Shown here: positions 1-9,263 of the stretch, one piece after another
Position numbering within the stretch: position 1 is the stretch's first letter
Layout: each line of letters opens with the position of its first letter
Source: a virus
Taxonomy: Duplodnaviria > Caudoviricetes
IMG/VR virus record: IMGVR_UViG_3300044533_000426
Location: 1-41,079 of that record
DNA length: 41,079 nt
Strand: one strand, 5' to 3'
Notes under the pieces: model-generated
Database searches by the model: none
Seen by the model: the letters and a program-made list of their open reading frames with translations, nothing else
Told to the model about the DNA's origin: nothing
Translations under genes and position numbers: made by a program

Positions 1-615
1 ATATAACGATGCGTTTGTTCTTTTCCAGTAATCTTCTTTCTTAAGTCCATTTTCTGTCTTAATTTTAGAATACCAATTAACAAATTTTTCTATTTCAGAA
101 AGTTGTCTTTGTATATTAGAAACACCTCTACCAACTTTTGCTTTTGGTGAAGAATCTTCTCTTTTAAGTTCTAACCATCTATTTTCGGCCATAATCATAC
201 CACTAACATCTGCAATTTCTGCACCGGGATTCTTTTTAGCAGCCGTTGGTTTCATTGGTAGTGCTTCATCTCTACTAGCAGCAACATCACCCAATGCCCA
301 ATCCTTTTCACCTTCCCCTACAATTGTACCACCAGATATTTTAGCTAATTTTGCATTTTTACCAGCAACATCAGATGGCTTTGAAAATGGTGCACCAGCA
401 CTACTTGTTATACCTTCTTCTAAATCATCAACAACAGTACCACCAGTTACACTAGCTAATCTATTGTTTTTCTTTTTGGTTTGACCGGGTTTTGAAAATG
501 CAGCTGGTGTATCATATCCTGCTACACCACCAGTTACAGACATTTCATCCAATGTCTTTTTCATATTACGCTCTCTAACGTATTTCCTAATAGCCTCTTT
601 TAATCTAGCTTCCAT
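1..615 (-). CDS. Hypothetical head-associated protein, 3'-truncated by the window edge (not in the ORF track)
   Basis: Manual translation: the ATG at 615-613 overlaps the upstream stop (TAATG) and the frame stays open to position 1 (MEARLKEAIRKYVRERNMKKTLDEMSVTGGVAGYDTPAAFSKP...YWKRTNASLY). It has LxE motifs and an internal 37-aa-period repeat, and lies two genes downstream of the portal. Confidence 0.85.
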   Translation of the reverse strand, partial: MEARLKEAIRKYVRERNMKKTLDEMSVTGGVAGYDTPAAFSKPGQTKKKNNRLASVTGGTVVDDLEEGITSSAGAPFSKPSDVAGKNAKLAKISGGTIVGEGEKDWALGDVAASRDEALPMKPTAAKKNPGAEIADVSGMIMAENRWLELKREDSSPKAKVGRGVSNIQRQLSEIEKFVNWYSKIKTENGLKKEDYWKRTNASLY

Positions 616-1484
616 TATTTTAGTTTAGATTTAAGTTCTTTAATTAGCTCATAAGAAAGCATAATTGATGAAACTTGAGAATCGGATACAGTTTTACCCA
701 TTTTCATTTTTTCTAAAACAGAAATGGTTTCAGATAGTTTAATAGTAGTAACTTTATCTTCCACTTTTGATTTGATTGTTTTTAGTTCAGCTACAATCTT
801 TGGAAGTTCAACCGAAACATAATCTTTGAATTTTGTAGTATTGGTAATATTATTAATATACTCTTTTAATAAATTCTTTTGAGAATCATCTAAATTTGTA
901 TATTTTTTATTAAAAGTTTCTACTAAGATTTTGTAGGTTAGTAATCTAAGGTCTTTGTCTTGTTGTTTATAGGTTTCAATCAACTTTTTATCTTCAGTTG
1001 GTTGAAGTTTTTGTGAGGGCTTAGATGTAATATTCTCAATTAAAGTAATTTTAGAATTAAAAATATCTTTAATATCATAATTTGATTCTCTTTTAGATTC
1101 AAATACTTTATATATAGAAGCTAATACTTTATAGTTAGAAATAGGTGATGATAAGAATTGTTCTATATCAAACTTAGCTGAAACTTCTTTAATAAGATTA
1201 AATTTCTCTTTTGATAATGCCGATTGGTTTAATTTAGCATGTGCATCACATACAGTCTCTACCAATCTATCCGCTTTTGTTTCGGAACTATACTTCTCCT
1301 TTAATAATATATCATAAAGACGTAACTCTTTATTTAACTCTGTATTAGGAGCAAAGAACTCTCTTACGATTGTTTTAGCGGTTTCTTTCTTATCGCCATT
1401 AAGAACTTCCAATGTTATTTGCCTTACTAAAAGCTCAAATAACACTCCAGTGTTCTTAAACTTGGAATGTTTAATTTTTTTCAT
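615..1484 (-). CDS. Phage hypothetical protein (289 aa, helical, Lys/Glu-rich) directly downstream of the portal; possible head assembly factor
   Basis: Long ORF with its own upstream ATATTTATA motif. The function is inferred from position only. Confidence 0.75.
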   Translation of the reverse strand: MKKIKHSKFKNTGVLFELLVRQITLEVLNGDKKETAKTIVREFFAPNTELNKELRLYDILLKEKYSSETKADRLVETVCDAHAKLNQSALSKEKFNLIKEVSAKFDIEQFLSSPISNYKVLASIYKVFESKRESNYDIKDIFNSKITLIENITSKPSQKLQPTEDKKLIETYKQQDKDLRLLTYKILVETFNKKYTNLDDSQKNLLKEYINNITNTTKFKDYVSVELPKIVAELKTIKSKVEDKVTTIKLSETISVLEKMKMGKTVSDSQVSSIMLSYELIKELKSKLK

Positions 1485-1524
1485 TTAATTACCCTATATT
1501 TAATCTACCCTATAAACTAACACA

Positions 1525-1533
1525 TATAAATAT
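1525..1533 (-). promoter_or_regulatory. Putative phage late-promoter motif ATATTTATA
   Basis: Recurrent intergenic motif, 40 nt upstream of the start at 1484. Confidence 0.6.
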
Positions 1534-1550
1534 AAACAAATTTTTCTTTA

Positions 1551-3329
1551 TTAAATTTTAGTGTCATCTAATAGGTTTTTTTCATCTAACATATCAGATT
1601 TTTCGTTTAAAACCTTCTTTTTTGATGAAATTCCGTTTATATATTCTCTTGCAAGCTTTTTTGCGTTTGCATTTAAGTGTCTATCATCTCTCTTTCTCTC
1701 TTTATGATTTTCAGCATCTCCCAATGGGTCTCTACCATACGGATGCTTATCTTTACCATAAGTGTTTCCTTCTTTTGGTCTTCCAACTCCTCTATTTAAT
1801 TCAATTTCGGTTTTAAGTTTACCAATTTCCTCCTCCACATTTTGTTGTTGTGGTGGATTTGCCGGGTCTTGTCCTTGTTGTTCAATTGAAGTGTGTCTGA
1901 ATCTATCCTTAAGGTCTAAGATTACTTTTGCTCTTTCAATATCAACTTCATCCTGTGATAATCCAAATATATTATGGTATGACCAATCGGATGATAACAT
2001 ATTAAGTGCTTTTGCATCAGATGCTAATCTTACCTTCTCACTCCATAAATTAACCTTTTCTTGCTCATAGATTGTAGAAGCGTTAGTAAGAGTTAATTCA
2101 AAGTTTGTCATTTCAGAATCTTCGATACCTTGAGATGCTAAGTGTACAATTGCTATTTTAGTTAATTCACTAACAACTGTTCTTTGTATTCTTTCAATAG
2201 TTCTTGCGAAACGAACATCTTCTGCTGCTAGAGTTGCTTTACCATTTACGTTCTCATCATACGATAAGTAAGCCTTTGGTACTCTTAATGCTGCAAATAA
2301 TTTACCTCTTAGATATTCAATATCTTCAATAGCCGCATATTCTAAACCTTGTAGGTTTTCAATATTTGTACCACTATCACTACCACGCACAGGTAAGAAG
2401 AAATCTTCAGTAAGGTTTTGAATGTTGTATTTTAAGTTGTAATCACCAGTTTCTTTATTAACAAATGGAGTTTTCTTCATTTTGTTAATAATTTTTTGCA
2501 TATAGTTATCAACTTCCACCGGTGGAATATTACCAATATCAATTTTGAATATTCTTTTTTCAGGTGCTCTCATAATACGATGGATTAACATCGCATCTTC
2601 CATAAGTGATAATTGTTTCCAAATTCTTCGTGCACCCTCTACCATTGATTTACCATAAGGTAGAAAGTTTGTATCTGATAACATACGGAAGTGAGCCATT
2701 TCATATTGCTCATACTCCTTTTTACCAAAACGGTCCAACTCTACCTTATACTTAACGTAGTTTTGGTTGTTAGGGTCAGTACCTTCCAATCTCTCAACAT
2801 TGTAAATTGAGTGTGGCATACAATTAATAATACCTTTACCTTCTGCAATTTCTAATGCTAAAAAAGCATCTCCATATTTTACTAAGTTTCTAACCCAAGG
2901 CCATAAATTAAATTCTATGTTCATTATATCATAGAATAAATTATGAAGTAATTCTCTTACGTTCTCATTTGTGGATTTAATTTGAAGTACATCACCATAT
3001 TCGTTCTTAGTTGTACTCTCATCCGCATATATATCTAATGCCGATGATATTATTGGGTCACTATCCATAGCATCATAATCTCTAAAAAGTTCTCTACGAA
3101 CTTGATGATATGCCATTGATTGCGCACCTTGACTAGTTTCATAATAAGACCTTTGTAATTTAGTGTACCTATCTCTAAGGTTTACAAAGTTTGTATTGTA
3201 TTGACGGTCTTCAGTATCTACAACTTTTCTCTTACCATCTTTATCAACCGTTACAATTGCATTGGTTGAAAATAATTTTTTAAGTCTACCAAAGAAACTT
3301 CTATCGTCTGTTTGTTGTTCTTCTGCCAT
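1551..3329 (-). CDS. Portal protein, T4 gp20-like
   Basis: KQLSLMEDAMLIHRIMRAPEKRIFKIDIGNIPP and EDFFLPVRG match the conserved gp20-family blocks (LEDAxxIYRxxRAPxRRxxxxDxGNxP; EDYWLxRR). 592 aa, close to the terminase. Confidence 0.93.
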   Translation of the reverse strand: MAEEQQTDDRSFFGRLKKLFSTNAIVTVDKDGKRKVVDTEDRQYNTNFVNLRDRYTKLQRSYYETSQGAQSMAYHQVRRELFRDYDAMDSDPIISSALDIYADESTTKNEYGDVLQIKSTNENVRELLHNLFYDIMNIEFNLWPWVRNLVKYGDAFLALEIAEGKGIINCMPHSIYNVERLEGTDPNNQNYVKYKVELDRFGKKEYEQYEMAHFRMLSDTNFLPYGKSMVEGARRIWKQLSLMEDAMLIHRIMRAPEKRIFKIDIGNIPPVEVDNYMQKIINKMKKTPFVNKETGDYNLKYNIQNLTEDFFLPVRGSDSGTNIENLQGLEYAAIEDIEYLRGKLFAALRVPKAYLSYDENVNGKATLAAEDVRFARTIERIQRTVVSELTKIAIVHLASQGIEDSEMTNFELTLTNASTIYEQEKVNLWSEKVRLASDAKALNMLSSDWSYHNIFGLSQDEVDIERAKVILDLKDRFRHTSIEQQGQDPANPPQQQNVEEEIGKLKTEIELNRGVGRPKEGNTYGKDKHPYGRDPLGDAENHKERKRDDRHLNANAKKLAREYINGISSKKKVLNEKSDMLDEKNLLDDTKI

Positions 3330-3337
3330 AATTTATT

Positions 3338-3775
3338 TTACCATTTGCGGCAACTCCAATAGTTTGCCTTTGTTCTTGGACCAGGATTATCACAATTCAT
3401 TCTTGCTCTAAATGATTTTCTAGCAGCAGGATTTGATTTTCTAATTTTCATTCCTTTTTGTCCGAAGTTTACTTTAATGATTTTACCAGTCTTAGGATTC
3501 TTTACATATACCTTAAACTTCTTAACATCACCCTGCATTGGTTTACCCAACTTCACTTCTCTACCTTGATATTCTGCTTCAAATACACAAGGGCAATTAG
3601 CTTCTGTTAGTTCGTTTGAGTAAGATTTAAGATATGCTATAAAATCATCCATATCTTCTTGCTCAACATCCAATTCATCGTAATCATCAATTGGATTATC
3701 GATTGGAGTATCACCAGCTTTATAGGCTTGGTCTACATACTCATCTTCTTTTAGAATATTTTGTAATTTAATCAT
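3338..3775 (-). CDS. Small phage protein with an acidic N-terminal half and a basic Cys/Trp-containing C-terminal domain; probable internal head protein
   Basis: The C-terminal RKSFRARMNCD...KANYWSCRKW is a domain type I recall from T4-like phages. The N-terminal 10-mer MIKLQNILKE resembles a capsid-targeting leader. Confidence 0.7.
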   Translation of the reverse strand: MIKLQNILKEDEYVDQAYKAGDTPIDNPIDDYDELDVEQEDMDDFIAYLKSYSNELTEANCPCVFEAEYQGREVKLGKPMQGDVKKFKVYVKNPKTGKIIKVNFGQKGMKIRKSNPAARKSFRARMNCDNPGPRTKANYWSCRKW

Positions 3776-3805
3776 TTAAGTTCCTTTTTTTATTTTGGCA
3801 TATAC

Positions 3806-3814
3806 CATAAATAT
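3806..3814 (-). promoter_or_regulatory. Putative phage late-promoter motif ATATTTATG
   Basis: Recurrent intergenic motif upstream of the start at 3775. Confidence 0.6.
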
Positions 3815-3839
3815 TGTTTTTTATCAAAACACTACTATT

Positions 3840-5435
3840 TTATAACCATTGAGATAAATCTTCATATTCATCACCTATTTTCATTTTCCAAGGATTATCG
3901 TCCATACTACTACCACCATACACCCCATCATGTTGCATGTTTGATGAAATACCACCTATTGCTCTTTTTGTAAGGTCGATACCTTCTTGTCTCAAACGAA
4001 GTGCAGTATCCCTAACCCACAATCCAATACAAAACGCCATTACCAAGTCATCGTTATAACCCTTCATAGCTTCAGCTCTACCATTCATAAATATAAATGT
4101 AAACAATTCATCTATCAAACGATTAGAACGAACTGTAACTGATTTTTCTCTAAAGTATTCATCCAACTTAGATACAATTAATGGTCTAGTCTTAGAAGTT
4201 GTAGAGAATCCAGCTACCATTTGCCTTTCATCTGCCCGATATTTATTTCTCATTTGATTTTCAACATCTACATATTTTAAATCCTTACTCATATAGAATA
4301 AGTTTTTGTACTGTCTATCTATTACTTGTTGAATAGCTGCCCAACCAATGTTTGCGTTCTCTATTACAAGCAATGCATCATTATATTGTGTAGATAATTC
4401 AACTAAGAAATTTCCAAAGTCTTTTGTATCAACCTTTCCTTTATATTCTGCTACTTGTGTACAAGTATTGATTTCCATAACATGTGCTGCTGAATAATCC
4501 GAACCATCTCCTCTAGCCACATCGGCAATTACCATATAAGAACCACCTGGTGCTGGGTATTCCCATCTCCAAAGGTTACCATCAAATCCAGTCTTTTCTA
4601 ATGGGTCTTGACAATATGATTCTTTATAGAACATTAATAATTCTGGGTCTATTACAGTATCACCAGAAGATACGAAGTCACAATCACATTCTTGTGCTGC
4701 TTTCTTTGCTCCTAATAATTTCTCTTGTTCAGCTCTCCATTCCTCACCTCTTTCTGGGTGTACAGTCCAATGTAATCTGATTGTATTAAATGGATTGGTA
4801 CTTTCTTCAGCCGATAACCAAGTTTTGTGAAACCAGTTACCCACTCCATTTGGAGTAGAAAGGGCTATACAGCTACCACCCGTTGAAAGTGTTGATTGTG
4901 CAGATGTCCAAATTTCATCAATATCACCAATGAAGGCGGCCTCATCAAATATTAGAAGTGATAATGCTTCAGAACGTCCAGCATCAGGAGATGATGCAAT
5001 AGCTTTAATTTGAGAACCATTTTGTAATTTAAGTGAAAGTTTATTATCTTCCAAAGAACCACCTTTTAACCAAGAAGGAAGTAATTCATGCATTACTCTT
5101 ACTTTAGTTACTAAGTTCTTTGCTACATCTTGTTTAGTTGCAATAACCAATACGTTAAAGTCCGAATTGAATAACATTCTCCAAAGTGCGTATCCAGCTG
5201 ATAGGGTTGAGATACCAGTTTGACGTGATTTTAATACTATATTAAAACGATTGCCAGCAAATTCAGTTAAAGTTTTTTCCTGAAATGGAAAAAGATGAAA
5301 AGGTATTTTACCTCTCACCGGATGTTGAATCATACAATATTTTTTCATAAAGTGAATCGGGTCTACCGCACACTTTTTGTATTCATCAGCTATAATCTCC
5401 TTTAAAGATTTCTTTTGTGTAATTCCAGTACTCAT
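3840..5435 (-). CDS. terL: Terminase large subunit, T4 gp17-like
   Basis: Adenine-binding FPFQ, deviant Walker A LKSRQTGIS, Walker B LLIFDEAAF, motif III STPNG, and RNase H-like nuclease ADVARGDGSDYS ... DDLVMA. The likely start is the ATG at 5435 (MSTG), 1 nt after the upstream stop; the ORF track starts at 5444. Confidence 0.95.
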   Translation of the reverse strand: MSTGITQKKSLKEIIADEYKKCAVDPIHFMKKYCMIQHPVRGKIPFHLFPFQEKTLTEFAGNRFNIVLKSRQTGISTLSAGYALWRMLFNSDFNVLVIATKQDVAKNLVTKVRVMHELLPSWLKGGSLEDNKLSLKLQNGSQIKAIASSPDAGRSEALSLLIFDEAAFIGDIDEIWTSAQSTLSTGGSCIALSTPNGVGNWFHKTWLSAEESTNPFNTIRLHWTVHPERGEEWRAEQEKLLGAKKAAQECDCDFVSSGDTVIDPELLMFYKESYCQDPLEKTGFDGNLWRWEYPAPGGSYMVIADVARGDGSDYSAAHVMEINTCTQVAEYKGKVDTKDFGNFLVELSTQYNDALLVIENANIGWAAIQQVIDRQYKNLFYMSKDLKYVDVENQMRNKYRADERQMVAGFSTTSKTRPLIVSKLDEYFREKSVTVRSNRLIDELFTFIFMNGRAEAMKGYNDDLVMAFCIGLWVRDTALRLRQEGIDLTKRAIGGISSNMQHDGVYGGSSMDDNPWKMKIGDEYEDLSQWL

Positions 5436-5436
5436 A

Positions 5437-6120
5437 TTAATCAATAGGAGGTTTTACTAAATCGTAATCTTTATCTTTTAACTTATCCCAAGCTTCGTTT
5501 CTTAGTTTTTTTGCCTGTTGTATTTCTTCTTCAAAGCGAGTTATATCAGTTAAAATTTCTGCTTTCAATTCGGTTACATCTCTTTCCATACTCCATTTTT
5601 CAATTGTACCATCTTCTTGAACTACTTCGTATGTTTGTTTAGCATCGTTGTACGCTTGTTGAAATTGAGAAACTACATCTTTACCATAGGAAATCATATT
5701 ATTATATATCTTATAATCTTCATAGGCTTCCCACAATCCATCGTATTTTATTTGAGCCTCTTTTATAGTAAGACAATGTAAACAATATCCAGTTTTAGAT
5801 ATGAGCTTTTTATCAACTCTACCTATTTTAATTGTTTTGCAATTATCGGATTTACAGCTATTTAACTTATCTAAATAAGCTCTTGTTTCGGCCATAATAT
5901 CACCCAACTCCGAAAATTCTATTCTACCACCTTCGGTTTGTTCCCAAGATCTACCATCATCATCTGTCCATTTTTCACCAACCTTACGTTTTATTATTTC
6001 TTTATCAGCACCAGCAAATGATACAAATGCTTCTTTTTGATAATCACCCCCAGTCAATACCATATCCACCAACTTTCTACGTGTTGGATGCATAAACTTT
6101 TTATTAAATTCCTTTGCCAT
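5437..6120 (-). CDS. Hypothetical protein with a putative Zn-binding Cys cluster and coiled-coil C-terminus, immediately upstream of TerL
   Basis: CKSDNC...YCLHC. It abuts terL and has its own upstream ATACTTATA motif. A small-terminase role is possible from position but has no motif support. Confidence 0.7.
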   Translation of the reverse strand: MAKEFNKKFMHPTRRKLVDMVLTGGDYQKEAFVSFAGADKEIIKRKVGEKWTDDDGRSWEQTEGGRIEFSELGDIMAETRAYLDKLNSCKSDNCKTIKIGRVDKKLISKTGYCLHCLTIKEAQIKYDGLWEAYEDYKIYNNMISYGKDVVSQFQQAYNDAKQTYEVVQEDGTIEKWSMERDVTELKAEILTDITRFEEEIQQAKKLRNEAWDKLKDKDYDLVKPPID

Positions 6121-6143
6121 AGTATATACAATATATTTGTATA

Positions 6144-6152
6144 TATAAGTAT
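6144..6152 (-). promoter_or_regulatory. Putative phage late-promoter motif ATACTTATA
   Basis: Recurrent intergenic motif upstream of the start at 6120. Confidence 0.6.
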
Positions 6153-6171
6153 ATCAAAATTAAGAAAACGA

Positions 6172-9100
6172 TTAACTATCGAAGAAAATACCTAAAATTT
6201 GATTTAGTGGGGCGAATGCACCTGTTAGTTTATATGTGTTACCATTATAAACAAATACAATACCTTCGTTTGGTACAATCTTATCAAATCCACCCAATGC
6301 GTTTAAGCGTTGTAGTTCTAATTTAAGTTTTTCAATCTTCTTAGGGTCACCACTTGCTTTTACTTGTTGGATAGTAGATTCCAAACGTGCTACCATTTGT
6401 CTTTTAGCACTATCAGGATTTGCTGTAAGTACCGAACTCATAAAGGATAATACATCAGCACCTACTCCTAAGAATATCTCCTCAAATCTCATTAAATTTT
6501 GTTTTGATATCTTTTGTTGGTCTTGTTTATCTATTTGTTCAGCCCATGCTTTTAGCTTTGGGTCTTGTATTGTATTGATACGAAATGCCTTATCGTTAAA
6601 AGCCCATCTCTTAACTAATCCTATTTTTTCTTGTGCATCTAATTTCTTTCCACCCTTTTCTACAAATTGAGTCCACCATGCTTGATGATAATTAGCCACA
6701 CCATCATTATCAGATAATCCAAATTCCGATTGAAGCTTTCCAATCATTGAAATATACTTTCCTTTTAATTTAGAAAGGTCTTCTGATTTAGGTAACTTAT
6801 TCATTGGTGGTCCTTGTATTGTGTACTTAGATTGAACATGTGCATTTACTTGCTTAATCATTCCACCTAATATAGATGCAGCTTGTTGATTCTCACCTAC
6901 AATAGTACCATCGATATCATAATCAAACGTACCATGAAATACTAACAGGGGTTGATTATAAGGGATTACGTTTACAGAGGTTGGATATATTACTTCTAAG
7001 TTCATAAACGAACTACCATCCTTAAATATCTTCTTACGTTGAGGTTCTGATAGTGCTGCAATTGCTTTAGATAAATCTTGCATAGCGAAGTTGTACGCAT
7101 CGGTTAATCCACCTCTACCAGCAAACTTAGCAGCTACTTGTCCTATTGTCATCGCACCCTCACCTTTGTTCTTTAGGTGTGATTTATTACGAGCAGCAAC
7201 CAATCTACCATTTACCCAACTAACTGCTAATGCCTGTCCATCAGTCTTTTCTCTAGCTAATTCTAAATCACCATTAAGAGCCTTTGTTACAATTGTTTTA
7301 AGGTCACCAAAAGTAAGATTCATCTCAATATCAAATGGATGTGCCATGTGTCCGTAAGCTCCACCTTCTAATAATATTGATTCGTTTACTGATTTACGAT
7401 TAATATCTCTTTTTTGTAACACTAAAGTGTTTATTTGTGAAAATATATCTGCAATATCTTTATTTAATTTTTTTTCATCTGCACTCATTGGAGATTCTAT
7501 ATCAACATTAGAGTAAAGTTTTTTCTTTTTTGCAATTAATACATCTGCTTTTTTAAGTAAATCAGATTTCACTTTATCCAAATCTTTTAGAATTTCAGAT
7601 GAAGTTGCTTCGGTTACATTTTTCTTTTTTAACTTATCAATTTGATTTTTAACTTTATCAATCTCTGCTCTAACTTTCATTTGTGCCGGAGACATTGGCA
7701 TCATCTTAAAAGCCTTATTATATAATGATACAAGTTCTTTCTCTAAATCTTTCAATCCTTCGGCTAACTTTGGGTGATTATCATGTCCACATTTATGACA
7801 CAAATACATAGCATCCCCACCATCTTTTATTTCCCATTGCCAATTACAATTATCACAAATTATAATATCATCTACTACCTTTTCATCGATTGGTTCATAT
7901 TCTTCACTACCATCGCCATCTAATTTAGATTTTAATTTCTTAGCATCTTTTGGGTCTGGTGCTCCATTAATATATCCGCCCGGTAAAGATAATCCTACAC
8001 CGGCTCCGCCACCCAATCCCATTTCACCTATCATTTGAGTTTCCATTTCATCCATAATTTCATTTATATCTTCTTTTGAAATTATAGTATCTTTTTGATT
8101 ATCAGGCAATTCCCAAAATCTTTTAGGTTTTTCATCAGGATTTTCTCTATATGCATCTTGCCAATCCTCAACCTTAAATGGGTCATCGGCCGGATTTAGT
8201 GTACTTTGTACTACATTATTGATTTTATAGTATGCTTTTCTGAATTGAGTTTCGGTATCTTTTGATTTACCTTTACCTCGCATAGCATCCGCTTTTGGGG
8301 AGTCCATTTGAGTATATCCACCTTGCTTATACCAATTTTCTGGTTTAGTTTTATTTAATATTCTTGGCTGCCCATCTGCCACAAATGATGTATCAGGTTC
8401 ATCTTGCCCAGTAAACCCACCGGTAGATGCAGCTTCTTTAAGTTGTTCTTTTTTTGGAATTCGGAATGTTACTGCTTTTTTACCATTGATTGTTGGCATT
8501 CCCCATTCATCCTTACCAATAGATTTTACAATTACTTTTTTGTTTTTGAATTTACCCATTAATAAAGTATCCCCAACATTCACATTTAATTTTATTTCTT
8601 CATTAATACATTCTTTAAGTTTTTTCAACTTAAGAGTTATCATTTTGAATATTTGGTCATCAAACTTTGGATATGCTTTTGTAAAATTCTTTTTTCTTTC
8701 TTCTTCGTTACCGGCACTTAACCAATAACGAACATCAGTACCACTAATAGCGTTTGGTTGTGCAGGTGCAGCATATACATACCCCTTATCAAGATATCCT
8801 ATTTCAACTTTACCTTTATATGGGGTAAAATATTTACCACTTAAACGTGATGAATCCTTTTCACCTACAACAGTTATAAAACCAGTTGTATCTGAATCAA
8901 ATTTATTAAGTATTTCTTGTGGAGCGTATGGGTTTTTAATTTGTACAATTTTATTTGATGAGATGCCAAACATCTTCATCATTATTGCTTTCTTTTCCTT
9001 AAACCCAAATGGTGATTTTTTATTATCGGTTACATCAGAAGTTCCTATATAAACACTATCCTTTCCAAACTTCTTAACCAAATGGTCATACGTTGCGTAA

Positions 9101-9210
9101 TGACCTTTATGAAATGGTTGAAAGCGACCGGAATAGACAACAACTACTTTGTCCATCTCAGCCGCTTCTCCCAATATTGTTTCAACCAAAAATTTTGCTA
9201 ATCCCATCAT
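6172..9210 (-). CDS. Multidomain protein: N-terminal HIGH-type (cytidylyltransferase-like) nucleotidyltransferase, central small domains and Zn ribbon, C-terminal ligase-like covalent nucleotidyltransferase
   Basis: SGRFQPFHKGH (HxGH) and ISGTDVR; Zn ribbon CDNC...CHKCGH; C-terminal EKTDG (motif I KxDG), NLEVIY (III), LLVFHG (IIIa), EGIVF (IV) and YKL (V). Confidence 0.75.
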   Translation of the reverse strand: MMGLAKFLVETILGEAAEMDKVVVVYSGRFQPFHKGHYATYDHLVKKFGKDSVYIGTSDVTDNKKSPFGFKEKKAIMMKMFGISSNKIVQIKNPYAPQEILNKFDSDTTGFITVVGEKDSSRLSGKYFTPYKGKVEIGYLDKGYVYAAPAQPNAISGTDVRYWLSAGNEEERKKNFTKAYPKFDDQIFKMITLKLKKLKECINEEIKLNVNVGDTLLMGKFKNKKVIVKSIGKDEWGMPTINGKKAVTFRIPKKEQLKEAASTGGFTGQDEPDTSFVADGQPRILNKTKPENWYKQGGYTQMDSPKADAMRGKGKSKDTETQFRKAYYKINNVVQSTLNPADDPFKVEDWQDAYRENPDEKPKRFWELPDNQKDTIISKEDINEIMDEMETQMIGEMGLGGGAGVGLSLPGGYINGAPDPKDAKKLKSKLDGDGSEEYEPIDEKVVDDIIICDNCNWQWEIKDGGDAMYLCHKCGHDNHPKLAEGLKDLEKELVSLYNKAFKMMPMSPAQMKVRAEIDKVKNQIDKLKKKNVTEATSSEILKDLDKVKSDLLKKADVLIAKKKKLYSNVDIESPMSADEKKLNKDIADIFSQINTLVLQKRDINRKSVNESILLEGGAYGHMAHPFDIEMNLTFGDLKTIVTKALNGDLELAREKTDGQALAVSWVNGRLVAARNKSHLKNKGEGAMTIGQVAAKFAGRGGLTDAYNFAMQDLSKAIAALSEPQRKKIFKDGSSFMNLEVIYPTSVNVIPYNQPLLVFHGTFDYDIDGTIVGENQQAASILGGMIKQVNAHVQSKYTIQGPPMNKLPKSEDLSKLKGKYISMIGKLQSEFGLSDNDGVANYHQAWWTQFVEKGGKKLDAQEKIGLVKRWAFNDKAFRINTIQDPKLKAWAEQIDKQDQQKISKQNLMRFEEIFLGVGADVLSFMSSVLTANPDSAKRQMVARLESTIQQVKASGDPKKIEKLKLELQRLNALGGFDKIVPNEGIVFVYNGNTYKLTGAFAPLNQILGIFFDS

Positions 9211-9225
9211 ATAGTTTTGTTACTA

Positions 9226-9234
9226 TATAAATAT
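9226..9234 (-). promoter_or_regulatory. Putative phage late-promoter motif ATATTTATA
   Basis: Recurrent intergenic motif upstream of the start at 9210. Confidence 0.6.
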
Positions 9235-9263
9235 GAAAGATTATTCTTTTACAAATTTCATAC

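Noticed and set aside
5205-5235. TerL Walker A lacking the usual GKT/S lysine (KSRQTGIS), suggesting inactivation
   Set aside because: A deviant Walker A with the lysine at the start of the loop is an established terminase variant, and all other motifs are intact.
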